A stretch of DNA of 64,000 nt from Lepidodermella squamata. Lineage: Eukaryota; Animalia; Gastrotricha. The number at the start of each line of letters is the position of its first letter. The stretch's first letter is position 1. Shown here piece by piece: positions 23,704-36,685 of this stretch. The translations under genes and the position numbers were made by a program. The stretch spans positions 682,001 through 746,000 of the forward strand of contig JBLDXI010000015.1 of the NCBI GenBank assembly GCA_047495785.1. Reading direction: 5' to 3'. Below the pieces are notes generated by a model. The model saw only the letters and a program-made list of their open reading frames with translations, was not told the origin of the DNA and did not search any database.

Positions 23704-24570
23704 TCAAGCAGTCTGTATACAGCCATCAACAGATAACCCCGAGACACTCATGCCCAAGGCAACGTAAGCTGCCGCTGCCGTTTGCTGCGCTATAGCGGCG
23801 CAGCATTGCTGGAAGGTAGCGAACTGGTAAGCTGCTGGCACAGGGGCAACATTCTGAATTAATGGCATTACTTTTGTTGTGGGACACGTACAAAGTTGGA
23901 CAAGAACTTACGGTGGCCGTTAGCTGGGAGCCCGCGTTGCCGCACGAATTTGGTAGGCGAGCGCAAGACCCTAATTTCCTAGCTAACGAATCGGCGCTGT
24001 AGGAGCACACCTTGTAGGGCAGCGAATCGTTGGTGCCGATGCAAATGGTGGACAAATAGTTACGATAGGGTATGCTAGACAGTTCATAGATGACCGTTGA
24101 CCCAGTAGCAGCACAGCACGACGCGAAGTCGTTGAAAGTTCGCAACGGGCTAGCGGTCTTCGAAGAGAAGTTCAAATCAAGCATAAGCCAACAGAAAAAG
24201 AGGTCGACCTACATAGGTGCCAGATGGAAAATTTGAGTTTTCGCACGACGTTCCGGCTACACTCGAGCAGGTGTTGACAATCACGTTCATATTCGTTTTG
24301 AATTGACACATGGTATATTGGCCCTAATCAATATGCAAACAACAAGTTTACAAGCAAACAACTAGATACGTTACGGCTCTTCAGAAACTAACTTACCGCC
24401 AAAGTGCAGCCTGTTCCCGTGGCACAGGCTGTGGCACCACACGAAACTCCGGATGGGCAGGCGATTGCACTTGGGCAGGAGGTTGCAGTCGAAGATGTGC
24501 TGGACGCGGGACATGCGATTGCAGCTCCCACAAGTGTGGAAAGAAGCCCGAACAGTGACAACAAAGCCAT
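23704..24570 (-). CDS. 18-Cys secreted family, paralogue C1 (226 aa; exons 24570-24397, 24323-24213, 24157-23912, 23853-23704)
   Basis: MALLSLFGLLSTLVGAAIA|CPASS...; FNDFASCC and ATFQQCC modules; open spliced frame. Confidence 0.88.
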
Positions 24571-24997
24571 GATGAAATTACGACAAAATGATTGAGGAAA
24601 GTTGCAGCCGAAGGCTTTATCGGGCAAACATAAACCGTCAGCACCGCTTTGATAAAACCGTAATTTCAAAAATGCACAAAAATTGAATAAATTTTTTAAG
24701 AACATATCGAAATAGAAAAACGGAGATTGTGAAGCAAACTTCATCTGTTTGATCTATTTCTTAAATAATGGTGCAGATCAATAAGTCCGGATTGATTTCA
24801 CCATCTCTAAGAAACTTTCCGGCTGATACGGTAGCTGTCATGTTGTTCTCCTGATGACTGGAGCGGGCAATACATGACCTTAGGATGAAATTTACTACAG
24901 CCTCAAATTGAAAGTCTGACAAGTCATCACCGTGTTCATAAAACTGGTTGAATAGCTGTCAGTTTCGCATTTTTTTGCTCATCAAACAGCTTGAAAA

Positions 24998-25848
24998 ATG
25001 CGTGCATTTTTGCCAGCTTTACTCTTCTCCTGTGTAGCTGCCTGTCCTCCGTCAACGACTACAACTCCTTGTCCAACAGGTGGACCTTTGCATTTCTGAA
25101 GCATTATTTAGCTACTCTCGATGTATTTAAAGCCACATGCTCAGCTGGCCAAGTCTGTGGCGGCTCTTCGTGCCCCACAAATCAGTTTTGCGGCACGACA
25201 GTAGGTGATGCCAAAAACTTTCCAACAATCCTAAGCTTCGCGTACTTCAGGGCACTTATTCGCAATGTCAGCTAGCTGTAACCAGCGGCCAAGCCACTTT
25301 TTGCTTGAATAGACCTGGTGCATCGTGCGGATTGCTAGCGGGAGGAGCGGTGAGCTTCAAGTCCAGATTTATTGCTTTCAATCATTGATTGCTTGCAGAC
25401 ATTGGTCGGATCGACGACTTACACGACGTTTGACTTGTGCTGTTCTGGACTTGGACCTGCGAATCAGATAGTTCAGGATCTGTTGCCCCTGAACCCGCCG
25501 GTGTTGGCCTGCATTGTTACGCCGGAATTAGCATCCACTGCTTACAGAGTGTGCACGCCGACAGCAGGCAGCGGCAATGGCGTGTGCTACCGCTTTCCGT
25601 GGACTTGCGACTCCACTGCAAAGGTTTTCTCCACAGCAACGGTAGGAAAACAGCCATTTAGCTTTAAGTGTGTATTTCCAGTCTTCTCTGTAATGTTTTT
25701 CAAGTCTCCAACTGCACTCTTGTCTGGCAGCGGATCCTACACGTCATTCTCTGCATGCTGTGGTGCTTTGAGTGCCTCCAATGCTAAATTGTCAATCTCA
25801 ACAGCGACCATGTATGGCTTTCCCATGGAGAAGTGCTCCCAGAACTAA
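24998..25848 (+). CDS. 18-Cys secreted family, paralogue D1 (211 aa; exons 24998-25079, 25133-25200, 25251-25349, 25399-25641, 25705-25848)
   Basis: MRAFLPALLFSCVAA|CPPST...; TTFDLCC and TSFSACC modules; one extra phase-1 intron; open spliced frame. Confidence 0.88.
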
Positions 25849-28070
25849 TACGAATCGCTTTGCGAAGATGCAAATTGTCTTACTATCTTCAGTAGTGATA
25901 AATAATGACCAATGAAAGTATGAATTCCCGCTCTCCTTATTTTTTGAAGCAGTAAATAAACAGCACAAGCCGATCAGCTTTCACTACAGGGTGTTCCTTT
26001 CGAAACCGAACATCCTGCCGTAGTCGCGAAAAAAAAATCTGCCGGTTAATTAGAGAAAATAATTGACTAAAATAATTATTAAACACTTTTAATAATTGTT
26101 TTTAATTTTATTTTCAATTGCAAAATGTCCTTGAATTTTAGCGCGCGTTACCACGTCGACGCGTTGGTTTTCAAATTTTAGCCGTTAAAACGCCTGAAAT
26201 CAGGGTTTTCTAACCCAGTTCTTAAGATAGTCAGCGAGCGCGTAACTCCATGCCTGACAAATTTCAAGTCAGTAAAGCCAGCTGAATGCAATAGCCGCGT
26301 CCTGTTTTCTTAATCCATCTCAGTTTCTGCGATGTGATATACCCAAAATCGGTAAAAATAGCCTTAAATTGCGCCTCCTTAAATTCACCGCTGGGATCAA
26401 AAAGACATAGGTGTAATGTGTTTTCCTGCAGTCATTGAGGATGCTAATGGTATATCAAGCGGCCCTGATAAATTATTGCTCAAGTTTGAGTCCGCGGATC
26501 AGAGAAATGCACCCTTTTATTGCCAAAGTGCAATGCAATGCAACAAGCTGTTTCACGGTGAAAATGGTAGTGGCATCATATAAATGGATGGAAAGACAGG
26601 TAACAAAGTGTCGCGATTACATCTATACATGTCGCTGATCCGAGTAAGACATTTGCTCCTTCTTCATAATCAATAATTCCACATCCTGGTATTGTTATAC
26701 CAAGTCATCCGCATTGATGCCGTAGTCCCCTATTCCCGATTGATCAAAGCTGACCTCAAGGGCTTTGCCACGGTTATATCGAGCATTTTCTCTCAAAACT
26801 ATTCTTTTCACATAGACTCTAACCATACAATAACAAGGCAACATGATCAGAGAATGGATTGATATGGTTTAGCCGCTAAACTTCTGTCGCTCATGTCGGC
26901 CGTTCGTAATGTCGTAATGTTAAACTTCCTTACTAAAGATTGTGGTTCATATGCCTTTTACTAAGCATAAAGCATAACCTTGGTAACTACATGCTTAGTA
27001 AGGGCTGCCTTCCTAAGGATCCATCTAAGGACTGCATTCCGCGTCATTTAAGGTGCACAGCTCTATCTGAGATCACTTCCTTAGATCGCTTAGACTTTAA
27101 GACGGAGAATTCTGAGTATGGATCGTCTAAGTAAGCCACCCTTACTAGGCGGACCAGTGGCGCTGCATCCTTACTAAAAGCCGTTTTGCCAAGGATGTCC
27201 TTAGCAAGTAACGCATAACAAAGACGAGCGTCTCCATAGCGTCTCACTAACTAATTTGGCATCCTTAGCACCCTTAACAAGGCAAATCAACATGGCACGA
27301 CCATTCGCACCATTCAAATCAAGTTAAGTGTCTAACAAAGCGTCATATAAACTGCGCTTGCATACTAATTGGTGGCATCCGGCGGCGGAGCACGTCGTTA
27401 AAAGTGAGATAATAGCAACGTTTCAGTGAAGAATTCACTGATTCCACCGGATATTAGGACAGCCAGGATAACTGAGACAACGCTCAGAGACTGATAACTG
27501 AGATCCAATTCGTCGCAATTGGACGTTGATTATTCGTCTGCGGCGGCGCGGGGCTACTACCGGAACAGTTTAATACCAATTTCTGTGTTCTATTTCATTG
27601 ATTTCCTTGCGGCAACAAGTCGTGGCCGGCGTAACTGTTTTTGACTGCGGTATTCCTAATCAAGTTCAGGACCATGTCAGTCTTTCTCTTTTGATAAGCA
27701 TCATTTCGATCTCCGTAACGGCACACGTCCAATAAGATCAGTCCTGCAATCGCGCAAAGATTTCTTGTTTCTTGTCAATCAGAGAAGCTTTCTGATGGTA
27801 AAAGATATTGAGAAACCGTACCTTCCGACGGCCTTTCGCTCGATATCTAGACACAAACCAGTTAGAGAGTGAGTTTAGGAACGCTTTTATGCTTTCATGC
27901 TATATCAGTCCCGCGGGGATTTAAACTTGTCGTGAGCTATAGTTAAGTCTTCTGCTGAATTTTAACACGATTATAGTTATACATTCAAATGATGACTAAA
28001 ATGTATGCATGGACCTCAAATGACCGCATACATCACGAAGGAATGCGGCTACAACGTGTTAAAACGTCCT

Positions 28071-28542
28071 CTAACCAGGATGGGTATGACATAGGAAAGC
28101 TGACCTTGCGCTCGAGGTAGGGCGGCACCACCGGCTTTTTTATGTTTCATCGTCAAACTGATGTAGTCTCTTACAAAATTAAATTATTATAGCCGTAATC
28201 TAACCGCTGAATTGTTATCTAACACCAAAAATGTTCCGAAAAACCCGAAAAAACCCGAAATATGCAAGCCAAGCCACTGAAACTGAAAAACCGCGCTGAC
28301 CAACCTAAAATTAATGGTAAATAAAAATATACACTCTATTCTACAAGGAAACGATGAGAAATAGTGCTCTTGCCAGGTTATTTCAAGCGATGGACTATCT
28401 TTAAAGTTGTTGATCTGACCTAATGATGACGTCTAACCGGAGCGGGTATGGCAGACAAAAATGGGCCCTTCGCTCGAATTACGGCGGCAACACCAGCTTT
28501 TTCTTGCTTAAACGTCATACTGAGATAGCCGCTTAGCAAAAT
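28071..28542. repeat. diverged ~110-bp direct repeat (28071-28180 vs 28433-28542)
   Basis: ctaacc.gga.gggtatg...cgctcga...ggcggca.cacc.gcttttt...cgtca.actga...caaaat present twice. Confidence 0.6.
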
Positions 28543-29147
28543 CACCCAATTGGACCCCAATCCATTATTGACTGCTCATTTTTTGGAACCGAACCATCGA
28601 TAACCATATAAGACCTAAGATCACCTCTCTGGATCTCTTCACCTGGGTGGTTTTTTATTAAATATCTGAAAATTCAAATACAAAAGTCCTAATATGACTG
28701 CGTTTTCCGTTAAATGAGCACGCTTCAAGTTGCATTGACTTTTCGCCAACACAGCACTATAGAAATAGGATAAGAATTTTCAGGTATATCTTTAATCACA
28801 GATCAGGTATTTGGGGAACAGCCAGTTCATGTTAGGATCTATATGATTAGGAGAACAAAGTTTTCTTCCAACAAACGCAAGTGCCATGGCGCAATTTTCA
28901 GGGCGTAAAAATGCTGGGTGCAAATGTCGGGGCGCAAAAGTCAGGACGCATTTTTAAGGGCGCAAAAAACTGTTCGCATGTAACTTCAATTCATTATGGG
29001 TAGCCTAGTGTAAATGCATTCGTCGCATATACCCGAGCTACTTTGTAATTATCGATGTTATGTACTTTCAATGTTACGTCATCATTTTTACTCAGACTCA
29101 AAAGACCGTTCTTTTTATTTTTGTTGGATGCTTGTAACAAGTTACTA

Positions 29148-29538
29148 CAGGGTGGCCAAAAAATTCCGCAGAAGGCGAATTTGATGCACAACATTTTAGA
29201 GCAGGAGAGAACACTTCCAGCATTTTAGAGAGAAGTTTCGAGAAATTGAGGAGTTCCATTGGCAAAAGAATGCTTGAAATTCTTCAGCTTCTTTTGGCCA
29301 CCAAGGACATGGCGGTTTAAAACTCGAATTATGCGGTATCTGGTAATTGAACCGCATAATTTTGCTATCACATCGTCGGCAGGCACGTGATCTATGCTAA
29401 TTTCGAACTAGAAAAAAATGAAAATTATCGAGTTTGCAATTTTTTAAATTCTAAAATGTTTCTAAAATGTAGATCCTCCTAAAACAAGGCGAGAATAATG
29501 CAACAAACCGCGTCACTGCGGCAGGTTCAAGCCACCTG
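29148..29538. mobile_element. possible Tc1/mariner-like MITE
   Basis: TA-cagggtggc ... gccacctg-TA; a similar ta-cagggtg terminus occurs at ~25985. Confidence 0.4.
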
Positions 29539-29805
29539 TATTTTAATTCGGAAAAAACCGAAAACTCAAACATCGGAAAATATCGAAAGGTTCAAGATTA
29601 TTTTCCTCATGATTTTCGTGGATCTTCGTTAGGAGTTCCACAACATTGTAGTCGAGGCAGGGGCTGCCCTATTTTCCTTTAATTTTCTAATATTCAGGAG
29701 AAAATTCTACCTACCCACATTATTCGAATAATAATCGCCACGATTTCCTCAATTTTTATCCGTGATGTATTTAAATTTCACATCTAAAATTAAAAATGAA
29801 TGAGA

Positions 29806-30564
29806 TGCCCAAGCTCCACTACAGCAGCTCAGAATGTGTGCCCATCTGTTGCTGCTTGCCCGGCTGGAAAAAGTTGCAACGCTCTGCCTTGCCCGAGTTC
29901 GGCTTATTCCTGTGCATCGCCGGTCTGAAATTTTTTTGAATAATTAAGTAATAATCTTATTTTGTACAGGGTCAATTTTTATAATGCCAGCTGAATACAA
30001 ATGTCGTGACCGTGCCGCTCAATTTTTGTCTATCAACTATCAACAGGAACTTGCTCAGGAATAAACGGTGCTAGTGTGAGTTTTGCCCCAGATGTCCTCC
30101 TTGATATTTCAAGGTTGCGATCCTCACAGGCTTCCGGTCCATTTTTCTCAGATTCGTTCGACATTGACATTCTCCTCCATTTCTTATACATACAACTGTC
30201 GATGAGCAACGCGCCAGTGACAATTTGCGCCTCGACGGGAGAAACCAACATATAAAGAATGTGCAACACGCCTGGAGCAGCTAATTTGGGTGGAGCCTCG
30301 TGTGTCCGATTTCCCAGTACTTGCGAGACAGGGAAAATTCAGATCATAGCACCGCAGGTGGGCGATCATAAGTTCGTTCTAATTTCCCTCATTTCATCTT
30401 TTACAGGATTCACGTATGGATTTTTTCGAGTTTTGTGGCTTGTTGAGCCGCTTTGCAGCGAAATGTCCCGACGTCGTCTCAATTTACGGCGGTCAATGTT
30501 TACGGCGTTACGCTGGACAAGTGTCTATGCAACAGATTATCAGTTACGCTCAAAGAGTCTTTGA
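29806..30564 (+). pseudogene. pseudogene of 18-Cys family, B-type
   Basis: Same exon layout (CPSSTT...; GQF..CQL; MCNTPGAANLGGASCVRFPSTCETGK; VYGVTLDKC), but no signal peptide, in-frame TAA/TGA stops, a 7-nt duplication frameshift (tatcaac x2) and a lost CC. Confidence 0.85.
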
Positions 30565-31227
30565 GCGTAACTGATAGCAATGTTTACGACGCAAATGCTA
30601 TTTCATTGAAATGATGAATAAAGGAAGAATATTAAAGCTTTTAAAACCGCACTCAACTGTTAACTGTGAGCGCAGTGAGTGAGTCTATGTTCACTACCTT
30701 TGTTAAAATTAACCCGCTAACTCTTGCAATGGTTATAAGTTGATACTGTTGCCAAATTAGGTATTACATTTCCAGCTTCATAAATAAAGCATTAATTTTC
30801 TCCAATTCGATGCGGAATTTCTTCTTCATTATCATAGAGATCAGATTAATCAGGTTAATCTGATCTCTATGTTCATTATAGAAGCTTTTTTTCATCTTAC
30901 CTGAGATAATTCAAATTCACATAGGAGCGTAATCAGTTTTTAGTTTTTAGTTTTTCGCAAATAGGAAGCAGTTGAAGAATTTCTAACATATTCGAAGCAT
31001 AATTTTGAGTGTCGAGAATAGAGAACCTCATCATTTCGTTTCCGTTCTTCATACATTTTAGGGTTCGGAATACGTTACAGAATTTGTATTATCTTTCAAG
31101 GTATTTTAAGCCCATTTACAGCTTGAAGATGGCGAAATTAGTGACAGCTAAAGCTTTGCGCCAATCGCAAATTGGCTTTGTTTAACTTCCTCCAAAAAGA
31201 TCCTGGCTACGTCTCAATTTGTTCCAT

Positions 31228-32162
31228 CTAGAGCTTATATTTCAAAGAAGTCAAATGTCCAGCCTTCATATTATCTCGCATATATTTATGCAGTCTGTTT
31301 GCAGAATTCTGCTGGAATTTGGGATGGATTTCAATAACAAATGCCGGCTTAGCCGCTGGCTGCATTATGGCCTTGCAGCATTCCTGGTACGAAGCTGAAG
31401 AGTAGTTCGCCGGCACTGGAGCGACATTCTACAGAAATACAGATCAAACATCAGGAAGAAAACATTGGCCACTAGCCACCAACAGTTGCACCAACTAGCA
31501 CCAACAGTTGAACCTAGAAGAGATGAATAAGGATCGTCGAGACACGAATGCATGGCGCGAACACAGGCGCCCTATTTCTTGGCAGCTGTATTCGCGTTGT
31601 AAGAACAAACTTTGTACGGCAGCGGGTCGTAGCTGCCGTAGCAAATGCCAAGCCCGACATGAAGACTCCTGACGCGACTATTTCACCAAGCGTTTTTTCG
31701 GACGTTTCGTTGGGTAAAACGGAGCCAGTTGCCGAGCAGCACGAATGAAAATCGTTGAATTTCCGCAAGGGCGTTGCAATCTTGACAGGTAATTTTTGCT
31801 AGTTATTCTAGAAACAGTATTCCTAGAGCCACTTACAAATCCCGGCCCTGTCCTATATTCACACGATATGCTACGACTGTGGCAAAAGTTGAAAATCACG
31901 TTCAGATTCGTCTTGAACTGGCACATCGTCATATCGAATTCTATTGTTATGTAAAGTAATTAGGAAGATCGATTTTATACAATTCAACTAACCGCCGCGA
32001 CACACGCCGTGCCCGAAGGGCAGGAAGTCTTGCCGCAAGAAACGCCTTTGTGCAACTCGTGGGCTTGGCTGTGGTAACGGCTGGTGAAGTGGAGGAGGGT
32101 GGGTAGGCAGCTAGGATAGCGAAAAGCGTAGCTGAAATCAGAAACCGGAGCCAGAGAGTCAT
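31228..32162 (-). pseudogene. degenerate 18-Cys family gene, C-type
   Basis: Signal peptide; TMCQFKTNLNVIFNFC, FNDFHSCCSATGS and SYQECCKAIMQP match C1/C2; first Cys lost and exons 1 and 3 appear frameshifted. Confidence 0.75.
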
Positions 32163-32191
32163 GTTTTGATAACAGCCCCAGTCAAAAGTCT

Positions 32192-32356
32192 GTAGGCCTA
32201 GACTAGGCTCGTAGGCCTATTATAGGCCTAATTGGACCTAGCCTAGTTCAGGCCTAGGTCCAGGCTAGGCCTAACATCAAAGCTTTGAACATGACTCGGG
32301 AATGTTGGACCTAGTCTAGGCCTAGCCGATATTATAGGCCCAGGTTAGGCCTACTA
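32192..32356. repeat. cluster of palindromic taggccta motifs
   Basis: Many taggccta/ctaggcct copies within ~170 bp. Confidence 0.65.
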
Positions 32357-33837
32357 GGAATTGAGTGAAGTCGACTGCGTGTATATGTCATTTGTGTGTA
32401 TGATATGTCCAGTTCCCACAGGTCCAGGTGCAAATCGCAAGAATTTGTGGAATCATTGCATCTTGTGGCCATATCATTGATAAATCAACCATTCATAAAA
32501 GTCATTATTTTAGTACGAAAATAAGACCTTGGCGCTTGGCGAGGTAATTATGTTTACAGTGAGAAGTGCCGCCAGTTTTACTAAATATCGTTTTACAATA
32601 ATCATTCTTTTTACTAATAGCTCTGCAAAAAACCTCGATTGCATGGCGCATATAGAAAGCACTAACACTATGCTTAAAAATAAGCTACTCATGGGTTCAC
32701 ATTTGATGCCGAGCTTCATTGATGAAAATGAACATTTTACTGGCGAAAAAAGTGAAAAATTTACTGGAAAAAATAGGTCCCAGTTTTTCCATGAATTCTG
32801 TTGCGCAAAAGTCGTTCAATTAGTAGAGTTTCTTAGACGTAGTTTATCGCAAAATTACAGCAAAATAGCCAGTGACATCAGCGCGCTCGCACGCTGTCCG
32901 CACTTCACGTTTCAACTGTTGATTTACGCGCGTGCTCTTTTCGCTCTTTTGCGCGCTGGAGCCGGGGAAAGAGCAGAAGTACATTCAAAAATTAAATTGT
33001 TGTTACGCTGTAGCAGTTAGCAGTAAAACCTGATTTTCAATGTTTATCCGTTTAGCGCCTTTTGTAAAATCATTTCGCTATTGCCTCTATCGTTGAAGCG
33101 TATAATCAGGGACATTTGTGTCACGTCAAAGCCTTTCGGACGAAAACCTCTAAACGTTGAGGAGGGGGAGCAGGGTCACAGAAACAGAGAACGTAGGGAT
33201 CTAAGTGCGCACTCACGATGCGACATTGAAACAAAAAATAAATGAAAAACCCCTCCTTAATAATATTTGCTGAATTTTTCAACATAGATGCATAGAGAAC
33301 GTAGTGATCCATGCTTTGATAGCACTTTTACATGCAAATTTTGATTTTTTTGAAAAGTTTTCTTTAAATCCGTCATTTTATATTTCTTTCTCTTTATATG
33401 CCCCACGTTTTTCGTTTTTCGCTCTATCCTTTCCGAAAAATCCCACCATGCCGACATTTTTGAATCATGAATTATCCTGTTTAGGATTCAATCACTATTG
33501 TGAGCGGTGGCATTGCAATCTGGTAAAATGTCATGCGTATGGTAAAGACTGAGGCATAAAGAGTAAATTGATATCTGAATGGCGTTCGTGTTTGTCAAGA
33601 AACGGAGCTTCAAATTGTACTTCAAATGGTACGACCCAAAAATGCAAGTTTTTGAAATTCGCTCTCAAAAATTATTGGCATACATTCGTTGCATTGTTCG
33701 TTACATTCGTTATATTGGCATACATTTGCTTCACTGGACCCATTGATGTTAACCTCGCGCACTCAGTTGCATCTCACACAGGGTATTTTAAGGTGAGGAA
33801 TCTAGCTGAAAGCTCAAAATAGCAGAGCAAGTATGCT

Positions 33838-35400
33838 CAGTGGCGTAACTAGGTCTACATTTCATGAGATTCAGTTTAGTTTCCGGGTATTTACGAAGAA
33901 AATACTCGATAATAACTTCATCAAAGTCGATTTTTTTCGCTTCCGTGCGAAGTACAACACTAAGAGAGAGTCAAGATGGTTATTCGTCATAGTTGTCCTC
34001 AAGTCGGACTTGGCCAAATTCATGGCGGAAAAAATGCGCTTAGCAAGAGTTAACAAAATGAGTAGCAGATTAGTCAACTGAGGGAAGGCTGATTTGCGGT
34101 AAACACAAATGAGAAGATTTGGAAAAGTTGCGAGTTCGTGCCTTCAGCCTTATTTAACAGCTCAGCTTTTACTCAGCTCTCTTCATCCAACAAATATTTC
34201 AGATCATTTTGAGCTCGATTTGTAGATCGGAGATTGAAATTTGGTGAAGGAACGTTAAAGGAACGTAAAGGTTTTCATAATGGCGACTGGAAATTTGATC
34301 AAATTCAAGATTGTTCTTCTCCTTTCGGTTGCGACGTCTTGTGCTAGGAATTTCTGGATCGATTTCGAGCTTTGCAGCAAGTTCAGATGCCGATTGAGAC
34401 AAATCTTTCCAAACCATTTCTTATCGGCTGTCTAGCAAGTCACGAATGAGCGACCTCAGCAAAATGAGCGCGCTGCCGTAGTCTAGATTTTCACTTTCAA
34501 GAACTTTAAATAATCGATTAACCTAGTTGACATTCGAATAAGTGATCGTATGCCTGTCCAACCGCCATAGAAATGTCGAGTTTCAAGTTTGACATCGTCG
34601 ATTCAATCTGCAACGCTATGTCCTCAGCCGTCAAACCATGGAGAGCTACAAAATTGACGAGTCGTTCCTTCCTCCGAATTTCATGGGTCTCAGGGTCTTC
34701 GAACAGATAGGAGAGAGCGATAGCAGGATCCTTCTCTTGAAAATTTCTTTGAAATTCCCTTGATTAAGTGATTTCTCAGATTCGTCTCTTCCGAGTATCG
34801 CAATATTTTGAATAGCACATAGATGCAGACGACCTTCAGCTACAGCTTTCAAATAATACCGTTCATTTTCAACTTGAGCCTCGTAGCCAGAAACCATTGC
34901 ATCAACGACTGTTCCATATTTCCAGTTTTTGAAGCCAGTTTCGATGAAAGTGTCCTCTTTGTTGCTGTTAGTTGCGGAGTGACGGCAAATAAAGCAGAAA
35001 ACGGCATTCCGCGATTTACTGTACTCGAGGAACTTCTTGAATACTTCTTGAAGTAACTCATATTGCATGACCGTAGCCGATCCGAGGACGCATCGTAAGT
35101 AGATGGGAATGACGCCGTCTTTGGATCTGGCTGAAAAGGCATATCGGCGGGGGATTGTGAAATGTCATCCACATCTTTCAAATGTTTAGAGCCAAGTCGC
35201 ATTAAATTCCATAGCATCATTCGCCGAAGAAGTCCTGGATATAATTCTACTTGAGATGTCATTCTCCTTCTTTTCTTTGCTGTTATTGATATCCACCGAT
35301 CCGAAAACATCATCATCACAGGGACCAACGTCAACCGTTCTTTTGCGCTCTAAATTCAGGTTAAAATTTGAAAGTTTCGGATTTTCCGGGCGCTTTTCAG
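33838..35400 (-). mobile_element. decayed hAT transposon (ZMYM1/TTF-zinc-finger type transposase, frameshifted and deleted)
   Basis: LEYSKSRNAVFCFICRH...FIETGFKNWK (TTF-like), AIQNIAILGRDES...NQGNFKE, and hAT dimerisation-like FSAMNLAKSDLRTTM...LDSLLVL; terminus cagtggcgtaactaggtc at 33838. Confidence 0.85.
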
Positions 35401-35614
35401 GACTAACGGATGGCTTTCAGGTCTTCGAGTTGGTACCCCTTTGTAGAACTAGAGACGGGCTATCCAGCGATATATGTTGTACGCCTATAGAGGATCTAAG
35501 CTTATACGGTATAGGCTTAAGCCTATACGGGATAAGCAATATTTTAACCTGTCATAGCGGCCAAACCGTGAGAGTGACTATCGATCATCATATATCAATC
35601 GATTGCTGTAATTA

Positions 35615-35773
35615 AGGGCTATCGATTGATGCCAAATCGAATTCCGCGCGGCACACTCAGGGTAAAGTTTTGGCCAAAAAACGCAAATTTTCCGCATTTT
35701 TTAACTTTGAAGGCAAAAATCATATTTTCAAAAGTTCCGCGCGAAATTCGATTGGGCACCAATCGATTGCCCT
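35615..35773. mobile_element. short palindromic MITE-like element followed by (TA)n at ~35790-35825
   Basis: Imperfect ~37-bp inverted termini agggctatcgattgatgccaaatcgaattccgcgcgg / ccgcgcgaaattcgattgggcaccaatcgattgccct. Confidence 0.65.
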
Positions 35774-35788
35774 ATATACATATCGATT

Positions 35789-35827
<39 letters not shown>

Positions 35828-36177
35828 ACATGGGGGAATCTGTACTATTCGCGACAATTGCGCAACTCGTATATCGCGTCGTAGTTTTTTTCCGTTGTAC
35901 TCGCGTCCTAGTTTGCATGTTGGAGTGGTATTGTCGCCGTGGTAGTGCGACAAAACTGCTACTGGAATCTTAATATGCGGAAAAAGCTAGCGATTGTCAA
36001 CAGTCAACACGCAGAAAAAGTTTTTATCGGAAAAAATCTACCTATTTATCTATCAAGCAGCCTTGGTGGCGCGCTTTTATTCTGCAGGAGAATAATATTT
36101 AGGGCCTTGTCAATTAATAAAAATAATGCAAACTAAACATTTTCGCTCATTTCTTTGATTTTAAATCATCTAAAGTT

Positions 36178-36685
36178 TTGGGACTAATAGTAGATGGACT
36201 CGAAACTCCCTTTCTTCTCCATGCAAAATTATTCGGATTATTGAAAATTGAAACCTAACAATTTATCGATAAATACCAAGTTGAATTTTCTTAGTTGAAA
36301 ATTAAAAAAATATGGCATGATTTCCCATTTTGGATTTTTAAAAATATTAAATTGTCAAGGAAAAATAATTAAAAAATAAAACATGGCTGGCAAAATTAAA
36401 CTATACGTTATATGGCTGCAATCTTTATTAACCAAGCTTTCCAAATATGCTCAAATTAATTCTCTAAACATCGTAGATTTCGTGAAAATGAGGAGCAAAG
36501 AACTAGCGCGTCTGAAATAACTGCGCGTGATGGCGAGATGCTGCTTTTTTATTTGAAATTATTGCTAATCTGCCATTTTTTGCAGTCACCGCGAAATCGC
36601 GCGATCAAAAAGCAATTTTTTGCTATCCGACTAATTTTGCATGGATAAGAAGGGGAGTTTCGAGTCCATCTACTCTTAGTCCCAA
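36178..36685. mobile_element. MITE with TTGGGACTAA termini (~55-bp TIR)
   Basis: ttgggactaatagtagatggactcgaaactccc... / ...gggagtttcgagtccatctactcttagtcccaa; the same terminus occurs three times at 52474-53383. Confidence 0.85.

Noticed and set aside
20511-25848. Assigning the Cys-rich family to hydrophobins, metallothioneins, antifreeze proteins, Kunitz or EGF
   Set aside because: Cys spacing fits none of them (no 8-Cys hydrophobin pattern, no 12-aa TCT repeats, signal peptide present, CC doublet).
32529-33020. 163-aa ORF
   Set aside because: AT-rich TE-like context, non-ATG start, no domain signature.
35626-35973. ORFs containing IYIYIY runs
   Set aside because: Translation of a (TA)n microsatellite and a MITE.
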